Origin: Podarcis vaucheri
Lineage: Eukaryota
Direction: 5' to 3' (one strand)
Length of the DNA stretch: 64,000 bases
Assembly: GCA_965113315.1 (NCBI GenBank)
Contig: OZ220365.1
Below, piece by piece: positions 45,901 to 58,300 of this stretch (the stretch's first letter is position 1; the number at the start of each line of letters is the position of its first letter). The notes beneath the pieces are model-generated. The model worked only from the letters and a program-made list of their open reading frames with translations. It ran no database searches and was not told where the DNA came from. The position numbers were made by a program, and so were the translations under genes.

Positions 45901-48900
45901 GATCCATATAGGTAAGCTTCAAGAATATGTGTCCCAGCCAGAGAAAAATAGGTAATGTAAGTGACAGGAACCTTTATGGAGAACAACATATTTTAAAAGG
46001 ATAATAAATTGTGCAGACACAGTCAGGTTCTAAATTTTGTTCTAATACTGTTCTTGCATCATATGTCACATTTTCATAACTTACCTTGTTCATGAAACTA
46101 TTAACTGCAATTTTTAAGCCCCCATGATTTTGTTTCATATAAATTTTGAAGCTGTATTTGTTTCCTTTAGTTTTGGAATCTTCCTTGCATTACTAAGGTC
46201 TATAATATCTTAGGTAGAAGTTTCCCCCCAGCCCTTCTATCAGAATGGGCTCTTCTGCATGCAAAGCATCTTCATATCATTGAGCAGTGTATCCTTTTGC
46301 TATATGCTATCACATGATGTCTGAAACTGCAGTGTTTCATGTAAAATAGAGCTGCATGTTTTAGTTCGACAAAACATGGAAATGCCTTTTAGTATATGTT
46401 GAGTGGTTTTCCTGAACTGAAACAAGATTGCATAAATCCTGGACATGTAAACAAAAGTGTATATATAGCATATTATTTGTGAATTTTTGTGTGAAGTCAC
46501 ACAGAAAGAAAGCAACTAGCTGTCACAGTTCTATAAATTAGATCATGCACATTAATCAGTTATATGCTAAAATATGTAAGACAGTGGCATGATCTAGCTG
46601 CTTCTGTTTGTGGAAAGTATATTGTAACTTATTTTGCTAAACACCCTGCAGTGTGCTGCTTAACTCCTGCAGATCACTTACACATAGTGGCCACAGCTCT
46701 GTGGACTCGTGGCTATGGTGCTGCTCTGGCAGAGTAGCCTACACACTACGATGCCTTACCAGAAATGGTAAGACTGCATTGCAATGTGTTGCATTGCTCA
46801 TCACAGGAGCAGCATACCTAGCACAATGAGCCCCTTCTGAATCATATCTCAGTCCTTTGGATTGGATCCAAGCCCATTTAAATGGGACAGGTTGGGTATT
46901 ATTAAGTCCCATTGATTTTACTCGATCTCTAAGGATGACTAAAACCTCTCCCCCCTTTATTGGTACTCTGCGGTTGTTTCATTTTTTCCTAAGGTTTTGG
47001 ATTCTTTTCTGCTCATTTGCGTTCTTGGTATGGCAAGTTTGCCTTTTGTAAAGCATTAGTATGCAACATAATGTTAGAGTCATGCAATTTTGCATATAGT
47101 CGTGACTAGAGCCTCCAGTATATTGGTAAAATGAGATTGTTCATTGCTTGCAAGCCAGATCATTGACTATACTGGGTTCTAGCCAGTGCTAGTCCTGCTC
47201 AAAGTAGACCCATTGAAATTAATGGCCATGATTAACTTAAACCCTTTAATTTCAGTGGGTCTACTCTGATTAGGACTTAGTTGGATGCAACCCATTATGT
47301 CCAACACTGCTTTACTTCTCCCACCTCCCCTTCCTTAGAGGCACAACTAAGTTCATTTTCTTTTGAAAATTGCTTCATGCTGTAGTTGGAGTATAAGAAC
47401 AACAAAAGTCATTTGATCATTTAAATTGTTCAACTGTAGAACTTGCCTTTCAGTTTCTCGGAACAGGGCCAGAAGATCAGCAGACGATGATGGATCAGCC
47501 TCTGGTATCTATAGGGAGACTTTGTACAATGACAACTGGCAGTAAGATACTGTAGCGTGACACATACAGGAATACCACTTCAGTAACTACTTTTAAAAAG
47601 GGAGATGAGAGAATATTGTCTTCATTTTGTGATAGATGGCTCTTTCCTTTACAGCCAAACAGGCAAAAAGTTAATGGCGAAGTGTCGAATGCTTATCCAG
47701 GAGAATCAAGAGCTTGGAAGGCAGCTGTCCCAAGGACGTATTGCACAACTTGAGGCAGAGTTGGCTTTACAGAAGAAATATAGTGAGGAGCTTAAAAGCA
47801 GTCAGGATGGTAAGGGTTTTTTTATAAAGAAAATAGAAAAAATGCCTTTTATCTGTAGGCTTCACCAGTTAATGTTATGATGTGGGTATTATGTTTCCAC
47901 TGTGGAGCATGTTTAAACATTATGAATAAAGGGATAATTTCAAGCTCATTTAATCAAATTCCATGGAAGCACAAAAAATTAAACATCAAGCTAGTTTTTC
48001 ATGAAGGTAAATGTAGTGTGACATGTGAAATAACAGATTGACTAGAATATGAAGGAATTCCACTAGGAAATAGTAATGTGTGACTACTTGCATATGTGTG
48101 TGTTTGATACTTTGCCCTCCTAGGGTGCTGTGGACTTTATTCTAAAACAGAAGCCTTCTTTGCTGCACAGCAGAAGACTAATTTGAAATTGAGGAAAGTA
48201 CAACAGCATTATGTGATAAAACATGGTGGTCTGCTTTTCATAGTAAAGCAACCCAAGCCCCTTTGGGTGGCAGACAGGCACATGGGTACCTAAAGTAGTT
48301 ATCAGGATCACAGAGTTTGCTTTGTAAATTTTGCTTTGGCCCAGTTCTGACCAGCACATTTCCAGAAGAAGTTCATACAAAGTTAAAATTAGTATCTCAT
48401 TTATTGTTACGAATTTTACCTTCAGTTGTAGATAGATGTATTGAGTTAGAGACATGGGGGTGCTTTGGTATAATGCTAGCACTTTGTATCACAACTAGCG
48501 GAAACTTTTGCTGTAGGGATTACACGGATTTAACCCTTCATTGGAAATAGTTTTGGGGGCAAGTTGTAGGATTGTAGCCACTAGAGAAATTAAATTGCAC
48601 TTGACTGGGTATTGAAATTTTCTAATAGTAGAAAATACCGAAAAAATCACGATTGTATGTTTGTGGAATGAAGTTGTTATTGCTAATGTTTGCCTGTGTT
48701 GGCATACTTGTTAGTATCATTCTATCAGGCTGGTGATGAGCAGAAACTTCCAAAGAGAATATTGATATTACATTTATTCATATTGCCAAATATGTATGAA
48801 CCATAGCTGTCAACTTTTCCCTTTTCTTGCGAGGAATCCTATTCGGAATAAGGGAATTGCCTTTTATAAAAGGGAAAAGTTGACAGCTATGGTATGAACA

Positions 48901-50213
48901 CTGTGAGTGAAGTTTTTTAAATGTACAGTTAGTGATTATATACTACATAGGTTTTTATATGAGGGATCATGGTACAGAAACATTACTGGTGCAAAAACAG
49001 AACATTATTTGCCATGGAACCCCAGTTTTCCCCACTTCCAAAGATAGCATAGAAGATCATGCAAATTAATATGTATAAATGTGGTGATGTATGCTAAGAG
49101 TAAATGTTTTAAGGCAAAATGCCCAGAAGTTATAAGGAAGACGCATGTAACCATGCAGGTTGGGATTGCCATCCCTTAACCTTGGAGCTTTTGCAGATAT
49201 CTTAACAAATCAATAGTTTTTCCCCCTTGAATCTTTGCCTGATAATGCATTTGGGCCCTAGTGCAAAATTCTTTGCATTTGGATTTGCAGGAACTTGCTG
49301 CTTCGTTTATAATCATTTTGGTAGGCATATTGAGATTAAAACAAACATTCTATGAAATGTCTTCTGCTCTGTATTTTTCTCTAGTTCTTTTTCTTTGTAT
49401 ATGCCCATGAGTGTGTGCTACCCATTGGGTTGTGCTGTCCTAGCATGGATGTGGAAGTTATTTTTTTGGAGCTCTGTATTGGCTATATAGATTAGGAAAA
49501 ATATGTACACAAAGCCATCAACATATGAATATTTTATTAACTAAGTTGAGGTGGCTTGAGACAGTTTTAAGATACATAAATGAGCTATTTTAAGTGTATG
49601 CTCCAAATGTGTTTTTCTTCATGTAGAACTGAATGATTTCATCATCCAACTTGATGAGGAAGTAGAAGGTATGCAGAGTACCATTCTAGTCCTGCAGCAA
49701 CAACTGAAAGAGACTCGCCAGCAGTTGGTTCAGTATCAGCAGCAGCAGCAGTCACAAACCTCAGCCCCAGGTAGCAGCCGGACTCCAACTTCAGAAACTG
49801 CAGACCAGGGAGAAGCCATGAGCAAAGACTGCAGTCGTATGGCAAATGGACCAAGCAATGGCAGCTCGTCTCATCAGAGGACAGCTGGGCCTGGTTTTTA
49901 TAGAGAGGGCAGTGGAACAGAGGATGACTTTCCACCCTCACCAAGCAATGGTAATAAGCTTTCCAACCATTCTGAAGATAGAACTGGCAGAGGATCTGGT
50001 AGCTATATAAATCAACTCAGTACTGGGTACGAAAGTGTAGACTCTCCCACTGGTAGTGAGAATTCTCTAACTCACCATTCAAATGACACAGACTCCAATC
50101 ACGATTCTCAAGAGGAGAAAACAGTCAGTGTGAAAGGTAACAGAACTGCGGGGTCTCGTCATGTTCAGAATGGTTTGGACTCAAATGTCAATGTACAGGG
50201 TTCAGTTTTGTAA
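36982..50213 (+). CDS. WTAP: Pre-mRNA-splicing regulator WTAP (m6A writer complex adaptor), long isoform, 397 aa
   Basis: Coding exons: 36982-37011, 37096-37151, 37739-37797, 40471-40598, 42323-42501, 47655-47809, 49627-50213 (TAA); total 1194 nt. MTNEEPLPKKVRLS..., ELSAWKFTPDSQTGKKLMAKCRMLIQENQELG, C-terminus ...NVNVQGSVL. Confidence 0.98.
42699..42759 (+). CDS. WTAP: WTAP alternative terminal coding exon in intron 6 (...PDR-GLTASDYSEEVATSEKCPF*)
   Basis: Polypyrimidine tract plus cttcag acceptor, in frame with exon 6, TAG at 42757-42759. Resembles the recalled human short isoform tail. Retention of intron 6 instead gives ...PDR* (TAA 42503-42505), a 151-aa isoform. Confidence 0.8.
48802..48891. 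mobile_element. 90-bp hAT MITE with a perfect 24-bp TIR
   Basis: catagctgtcaacttttccctttt / aaaagggaaaagttgacagctatg; perfect TSD gtatgaac. Confidence 0.92.
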
Positions 50214-50794
50214 CCTTTTTTCTGCAACATTTTTATATAGTGTCGTTTAAATTGGGAGAAGAAACTGTCCAGAACTGTTCAGATTAGTGCATATATGTCA
50301 CAATTCTGCCTTTGTGGGTTTTTTGCTTCGATACCTCTGCCACTTCTGAAATTTTAACAATTACATTGAATGTTGCTAAAAGGATGTTTGTGTAGGCTCA
50401 AGATATTTTTGAGTTAATGTGAAGTTGAAACGAGTTTTATTTCCAGGTATAACACAATGATGTCTGTACAAATCTGTGTATATCTAGAACTTGTGCTGCG
50501 TAAGGGCATTCTTTACTCATACTGTTATAACACTCAAATTGTCATAATAGTTGTGAGGTAATGACTGCCAAGTTTGCCCAGTACAGTAGTTTTATAACTA
50601 AAATGAACTTGGTGAAGGAGTCCTGTAGTAGTCTGTGTTCCAGTTTTGCCACCATGCATCTGTGCGTTCTCTTTAGGTGACCGAATGTTTAAGAATTTTG
50701 TGTGCATAGTTACTCGGTTTAAGAACTGTTGTATCCTGTTAATGCATATTGCTCTGTGACTCCAATATTATCTTAACTGTACTGACCAAACCTA

Positions 50795-50800
50795 AATAAA
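50795..50800 (+). terminator. WTAP polyadenylation signal
   Basis: AATAAA about 580 nt after the stop, followed by U/GU-rich sequence. Confidence 0.7.
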
Positions 50801-52003
50801 GATTTTTAATAATGTAATTTATTTAGTCCTTCTGTGTTTGTCTTGTGCAGACTTGTTGGGCTTTTCTTTACTTCAGTTTATATAGAACCCTTCATTATAA
50901 TATGCAGTCTTCATTGTAATAGGTAAAAGCATGTACTTGAAATTCATTTAAGCTTTATGGCTCTTATCAGTATACAGCATGTGGCCCCTTTCTCATAGTG
51001 AATGTACAGCTCTTGCCACTGAAACTTTTTTAAAAAAATGCAAGTGGTACATTTTGCTGTGGTCATGAAGTATTGACAAAAAATATAGTTGCCTCAGGAA
51101 TGTGCTTAAATGAAGTGACTGAAAATTTTCCATAGTGGAAATCCATAGGTGTGCTTATCATGGGATACGGAGGACATCTAAGCACACATTTTCTGTGGGA
51201 GAATTGGAATTCTGAATTGCTGGTTTAAACATCAACCATCCTCTTTAAGTGCATTTAACTAGAATGGATATGTCAAACACTGCCATAGTACAATTTTTGC
51301 TATGCTTTGTGAAAATGATTGGGAGAGGTAGGATTTTGTTTCCAAGGTGCCTCACATCTACATGTCAAACTCCTTTATGCTTCAATGTGACACAGTACCA
51401 ATGCAAAAACTCTGAAACCCTAGTGCAATCTTCCACACATTGGCATGCAATTACATATGGCTTTTCCAGACCTCGTTCATGATTTGTGTGTTGCAGAAGC
51501 ATTTAACTTAAACCCTTTCAAAATCCACCTTCAGTGGATGACACTGGATTCTGATATTATGAAAAAGAAAACACCCTATCCACTTAGTGCACACCATTTA
51601 TTATCTCTATACATGTTAATTCCACCCACCCCATGCCCTTTTTGCTAAGCTAAAAAGCTCCAAATGAAACTTTCCTTCCTATGTTGCTTCAATCCTCTTA
51701 TTTCATTTGCCAATTAATGCATATTTTACAACCCTACCGTAAGCTTTTTGAAATGGAGTGATGAAAAGTACACAGTATTCAAAGTGTGGTTGCACAATAG
51801 GTTTGTATACAGTCACTGATACTTGGCAATGGTTATTTCAGTCAATTTGGTAACTACCAACAGTAACCCCTAGAGTGCCTGGCATTCAGAACCTTTGAGG
51901 AAGCGAAGAAGTATCTTGAATTTCGTCTCAAGTTTAAATCTTTTGTATTATTTTAGTAGTAGGCTAACTCCTCTAAACTAAAAAAATTGTCCAGTAGCAC
52001 CTT

Positions 52004-52078
52004 GTTGTTGTTTAGTTGTTTAGTCGTGTCCGACTCTTCGTGACCCCATGGACCAGAGCACGCCAGGCACTTCTGTCT
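52004..52078 (-). mobile_element. 5'-truncated BovB (RTE LINE) 3' end
   Basis: gttgttgtttag..tcgtgtccgactcttcgtgaccccatggaccagagcacgccaggc; 14-bp TSD tccagtagcacctt. Confidence 0.8.
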
Positions 52079-52119
52079 TCCAGTAGCACCTTAGAGACCA
52101 ACTAAGTTTGTTCTTGGTA

Positions 52120-52340
52120 CAGTCATATCTTGGGTTGAAGTTGCTTCAGGTTGAGTGTTTTCGGGTTGCGCTCGAGGCGACCTGGAAGTAACGGAACGCA
52201 TTACTTCCAGGTTTTGCCGCTCGCGCATGCGCAGACAGTCAAAATGATATCATGCACAGAACCGGCAAATCGTGACACGCACAGACGCAGGTTGCGTTCG
52301 GCTCTGGAATGGATCCCATTCGTATCCAGAGGTACCACTA
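52120..52340. mobile_element. Tc1/mariner MITE nested in the Penelope-like element
   Basis: Inserted at a TA; ends CAGTCATATC / GGTACCACTA, related to the CAGTGGTACC family. Confidence 0.7.
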
Positions 52341-52729
52341 TAAGCTTTCGTCTGCATGCACACTTCTTCAGATCTGCGGACGAAAGCTTATACCAAGAAC
52401 AAACTTAGTTGGTCTTAAGGTGCTACTGGACATTTTTTATATATATTTCCTCTAAACTAGCTAGTTCTTTTGTTATAGAAGTCCAGAATCATTAAGGTGG
52501 AACCAGCCTCTTCAGTATGAATCTGACTGACTACTTCTGATCACTTGCGTGATCAGAAATGGATATTCTTTCTCCAGTTGCTCACATATATTCTAAGGAA
52601 GGGGGTTGGCTTTTCCTGGCTATAAATTTGTCTCCGTGGAGCCATCCAACCAGATACAATGTAAAGCTTTGCCCTTTCTCAAAGTCTCTTCCCTGCAAGG
52701 CACTCTGCACGTGCTCTTGAAATCAAAGC

Positions 52730-54090
52730 CTCCTCAAGCAAGTACGACCTAACAAGCTAATAAAAAGGTATCTAGACAGCCTAGTTTCTCCCCCCCCCAA
52801 GGTAGGATTGGCCTGTTGGCCTATCCAGATTCCTTTCTGAGAAACTATTAAAGGGGGTCTGCCAGTAGAGGAACCCCCCCCCCCCAGTCCTGATAAGTCT
52901 CAGTCCCATTGCCTGCCTAGCTTCTGGTATATTTTAAAATGTGCTTATTGTTGGACTTAAGTCTTTAAAGGGAGGTGTTGCTCATATCTCTCTTCTGCAT
53001 CCCCCATTGTCTGCTTCCATTTCTTTATCAAAGCTCTGTGTTCTCAGATGGGCAACGCTTTTATTTTCTGAAGGAAGCCGCCTTCTAAAAGCTTCTTGAC
53101 TTGGTTAACCATGCTGGGATCCTCTTGGCTTTGGTGGTGCCTTTCCTGATGTCTGCTATACCAGCTAGGCTTAGTGTGCTTTTGAACAGCTCCCAAGCTG
53201 CCTGGAGAGATTTGACCTTCTTGTGACTTTCAACTTCCTTTTTACCAATCTTTGTGGAAAGTTTCCTCTTGAAATCAAATGGGATTGCATTGGACTTGCT
53301 TGGCAGTTGTCCATTTTTATACGTAGAAATTGAGAGCACTGGTCAGTTTCCAAATGATTTAAGAACATACCTTGTACCAGGCCTTGGGTGACACTTTAAG
53401 TCCAGAGTCACTTCACCTGTTTGGTTCCATGACCAACTGTTCTAGGTCACAGTCCTTAGGGTATCTAGAATCTACCTCGTTGTGACCAGAACAACATACT
53501 AGATTTATGTGAGAGTTGTTGCCCATTAGCACACTGCCAACGTTGGGTGCCTGCTTGATTTTACACTCCACCATAATCATCCAAGACAATTTGGTCAGGA
53601 TGGCAATAATACTTGATATTCTCACCTAAAGTGATTTTGTGAGGAGAGTCTGCCTTGTCTGAGATTTATAATTTGTTGTGACCCTATGGCCACCTTGACA
53701 TACAGTGACACCATTCAGTACGCTCTTCCTTGCTAAATTTGTATTCAGATAATCGTATCCCACTGGTTTGTCTCCTATCCTTCCTGTTTCTTTTACGCAC
53801 ATTGCACACTATGTTCTAATTTACCATTCTATACTCTCCGCCATCTTGGCTTCTCATATTGGCATACCTGTAGAAGGCATCTGTCCGGCACATGCATTTT
53901 CCCCTATGGCTCTTCAGCTATTATGTTCTACAATCTGCCTTGTTTTGCCCTGTCAGTGCATGGGCTATCAAGTATATTTTAAAACTCATTAATTCCAAAG
54001 TGGATGGTCTCTTGCTGTCTTTCTCCCCAGAGGTCAGTGTAAAAGCTCTACAGTATCAGGGTGAAATTGGGTTCCTCCAAGTTATTTTTC
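52730..54090 (-). mobile_element. Degraded CR1 LINE (endonuclease/linker region)
   Basis: Minus-strand ORF fragments LEQLVMEPNR, FDFKR and KVKSLQAAWELFKSTL...KAKRIPAWLT, typical of CR1 ORF2, with frameshifts. Confidence 0.75.
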
Positions 54091-54929
54091 TGGAGGTTAT
54101 TCTCTTTTCCTTGGATAGTATTTCCCAAAGAACTCTAGAATGACTCACTAGAATTTCTCCCCTAAAATCTTGAGGTTGTAAATTCTATATGGATGCATGG
54201 GTGTAGCCAGGATTTTTGTTAGTGGGGCAGAGCCTCAGCTATATATTTTATGATTTTTATTGATGGGGCAGCTGCCGCCCCTTGGCTAGGTCCATGTATG
54301 GATGTTCCCACCAGTCCTTTTTCTGGAGGATAAGGGACCCTCTCTCAGTCTATATCTTGTAGTTGGGACACCTGCCTACTATTTAAAATAGATCAGTAAT
54401 CCTGTTTGTCACTCTGCATTAGTACATTTAGTTCAAATTCTGCATTTAAAAAACCAGCCATTAATAAGTTACAAAAGGTAAACCATTGCATTTTCTGTCA
54501 GCCAGCGATGAAGAATTGACTGCAACAAGTATTAGAGGTGTTATTCATGGCGTGTCCTTATGTAGTTTGTATTCTTATAAACGATATTATTAGCCGCAGG
54601 GTGCTGTGCAAGGAGTAGGAGCCCCTAAAGGGGGAGGGGGGGAGAGGTGTCCTTAGGGAGAAGCAGCCCTGGAGGCCACTATGGGACAGGCAAGAGTTCC
54701 AGTACAGAGGCGAATTGGGGATAGAAATACTACCACCACCTTGGTTTCTGACATTAACCGAGTCAGCTCTTGTCAGCTATTTGACAAGAGACTGTGGAGA
54801 CATGTCAATCGTGAGCAGACCACCTCTCCACGGCCCAAGTAGTGGTTTTAAATGTGCAGTAAGAGAATTCAAATTTTGCATGGAGATGCATTCTGCTTTG
54901 GTTTCGCAACATCCAAAGGCGCTTTTATG

Positions 54930-55321
54930 GAAATTCCCGCGCTGCTCCTCATGGAAGAGGCCCGCCGCTCGCAAGCCTGTCCGAAGAAGGCAGGCTCTCC
55001 CGGCGGCCCCCTTAGGAGTCAAGGCCAGAGCTGCCTAGCAGACGCAGCCTTGTCGCGAAGGCCGCTTTATTTCATAGCGCGCCGAGGCCAAGTTGCCCTT
55101 GCCTCGCCCGCGTCAGCGCCTCGGCCCGCCGCTTCTTCGTTATTGGCGGGCGGAGAGGCGTCTCCCCGCCCCAGGCAGCGGCAGCCGGGAGAGGAGGAGC
55201 CGCGCAGGCGTTTCGCGGAACGAGGCCGCCAGACGGCGAGGCGAGCGGGGCTACTGGGGCGCAGAGCGCGGCCGTGTCCTTTGGCGCTTCTCCTGCTGCT
55301 GCTGCTCCAAGCGGCGTCTCC
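54930..55321 (+). promoter_or_regulatory. SOD2 TATA-less CpG-island promoter and 5' UTR
   Basis: CpG-rich; ATTGG at 55142-55146 next to GGCGGGCGG GC boxes. Confidence 0.75.
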
Positions 55322-58300
55322 ATGATGCTGCTCTGCCGGCTGGTTTCCCCGGGCGGCTGCAGGTGAGAGTCCGGCGGCGGGGTCGCCCGGAAGCCCTTGA
55401 GCTGCCTCTGGCCAAGGACACGGCGTGGTGGGCCCTCTCGGGGCAAAGGAGAGGCGGAGCAGCGGGCGGGACAGAAGAGGGAGGTGAACAAGGGAAGGGC
55501 GAGACTTGGCGCCCTGGAGTCAGGGGAACGAGGGGGAAGCGGACCCCATTTCGAGCCAGGAATCTGCGGCTCATGCAGGAGTTCGCCCGCCAAATGGATT
55601 AAAGTGGCTTCCCCATAATATGCGCTTAATGTGGTGCTATTATTGCACGAGGACTCGGGCAAAGCTCCCTTTGCAGCCGTGGAGCTCACTGGGCTGCTTG
55701 CTTTGGGCAAGTTGCACACTCTCGGTCTACCTCACGGGGTTGTTGTGAAGCTAACATTGAGTGGGGAACTGCAGAATGCTCATAAACTTTTTGGGGGAGT
55801 GAAGCTGGGATTAGGAAAAATAGTTTCCCGGTAAGTTTGAAGTCTTACACCTTTCGTATTAAGGGCTAAGCGTTTAAGCCCGTTCTGTTTGTCAGCGGCA
55901 GCTTGTAATTTAGATTTGTTAAAGAATATTAAAACGTTTCCCCCATCTTTTGGGGATGTGAAATGAGAGCCCGTAGCTGCTCTAGGAGTGACTGTGTGAC
56001 CAAGAAGCTGATTCCCTGTTATTCGGGGTTTTGTATAACTTGCAGGGTGAGTTTACATACTCTTAAAAATATATATGTTTTATTAGTTTTTATTATATAA
56101 AACATCTTACAACAGCAATCATTAAGAAAAAAGAATAATTAAAATCAACTATCATTTTACATACTGTTTATAGAATCAATACAATAGTGAAATGTGGGAT
56201 TTCTACAATCCCTTGACTTCCCTCTCCCCTCTCTGTGGTTCCATTATTTCGTTGTTAATTCATGCATGTCCTAGTCATATTTCCCTCCATTCGTATCTTT
56301 TTTTATCTATTATTATAATATTGCGGATGTTCTTTAGAATCTTGCTGATGTATCAACTTGTATACAGTGCTTTGACATATATACAATAAAGATTTCCCAT
56401 TCATTTTAAAATTTGTTACTGTCCTCATTTTTGGGTCTGCCTGTTAATTTGGCCACTCTGCATATTCCATTAACTTAATTTGCCAATCTTTTTTTTGTGT
56501 GGGGAGTTTACATACTCTTGTTCTTCTATAATTAATTTATGTATAAACGCAGCCTTATCTGGTGAAAGGGCAATGCAGTTATCTCCAGTTAGAGATACTG
56601 TACTGAAGAGGTTAAAAAGAGTTGCACCACAAGACAAACAAGTGAAGTGAGTTTTAAATATGATCCCAGTGATACTTTATGTTGAAGGGGTAAGCTGTTT
56701 AGTAGAAATTCTTGTGTTCTCTCTAGAAGAACTATGTGACCTAGTTAGCCAGATTCTCTTGTCAACACAGCGGTGTTGCTGATGAAATGTTCTCTCTGCT
56801 TCAGTCTCCACCCCACCAAATGTATTTCAGCAATTTGCCATTGGTGCTTCTATTTGGTGTTCCTCAATGTTAGAATAACAGAAGTTGTAACTGAGAGCCA
56901 GTGCGTTCAAGGATATTGTAATATTGTGATGTCTGCGTGTGGGATACTTAAGTTCAAGGCCCTTTCAGCCTCGGTTCTGTTAAGTGGGGCTAGCGGTGAT
57001 GAAGATAGCTGTGAGGATAAGTTAATTATAAAGCATTTGGCTGGTCAAATAATATAACCACATAAGAGTCCTACAATATTTTTTTTTTTGTTTCCTTCTC
57101 TTCCAGAAATAGCAGTAAACTGATTGCACCACTTGGGTGTCTGGCATCTAGACAAAAGCATACTCTTCCTGACCTGCCTTATGATTATGGGGCCCTGCAA
57201 CCCCATATAAGTGCAGAAATTATGCAACTTCACCACAGTAAACACCATGCTGCGTATGTAAATAATCTGAATGTTGCTGAAGAAAAATACAAAGAGGCCT
57301 TGGCAAAAGGTATGGGTAACTGTATATCTGTGTTACATGTCTGTCAGTGTGCGCCCACATGTTGGCTCTTGTGCTAAAGTTAGTACGGTGGTACCTCGGG
57401 TTACAGATGCTTCAGGTTACAGACGCTTCAGGTTACAGACTCCACTAACCCAGAAATAGTACTTCAGTTTAAGAACTTTATCTCAGGATGAGAACAGAAA
57501 TCGTGCTCCGGCAGTGCGGCAGCAGCAGGAGGCCCCATTAGCTAAAGTGGTACCTCAGGTTAAGAACAGTTTCAGGTTAAGAACGGACCTCCAGAATGAA
57601 TTAAGTTCTTAACCCGAGGTACCACTTTACTTATTTGAGACACAGGCCATGTTTTCATAAAGTGGCCAGCTGCAGTGCAGGGGGGGGGGGGGGCATAGTT
57701 TACACCTTAAGCTCCAGAAAGCATTTTAGACGCCTGGCGTAGGATCTCAGAATTAATAGTTATGAGATTTGAAGCCTTGTAACTAGAAAAATGTCTGTAC
57801 TAAAACTTATTAGTCATCTTTATTGGTACATTAGGAGTACCATTATATCACAGCTGTCATCTTGTCCAACTAGTAGTTGCCACAAGAAAGGCAGATGAGG
57901 CTCAGAATTTGTACCTCCCATCTATTTTCTGTTGAATTTTAGAGTTAAGGCTGAATTGCATTGTTCTTTGTGGCTGAAACTATGGTGTATCTAAAGCAAC
58001 GTTTATACCTTGTAGTTACATTTAAAATGTAATTTCTTATCAAAGGTTGAGATTTTAATGAAATCTCCAGAGTTTTGCATTAATACTAATGTGATTAAAT
58101 GGGAAGTCCATGGAACTTTGTGATACTAATTTTAAACTCAAGAGCTATAGGCTGTTTTAAAATGTGGTGCATTTCTGCTGGGTCCAGTTAGTATTTCAGA
58201 GCCTTATAAGGAGGCATAAGGCTGGGAAATGATCAAGAAATATATAAGGTTATAAATAATGGTTTTTCTTCCAAACTGCTGTAGTGTCACATTCTCACAC

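Larger units (their letters stand above)
51981..52447. mobile_element. Palindromic Penelope-like element carrying two nested insertions
   Basis: 12-bp TSD tcctctaaacta (51969-51980 / 52448-52459); same arms and hammerhead-like core as 23865-24064. Confidence 0.78.

Noticed and set aside
54852-55719. Several 100-215 aa ORFs over the SOD2 5' region
   Set aside because: GC-rich island artefacts; only 55322-55362 is coding.
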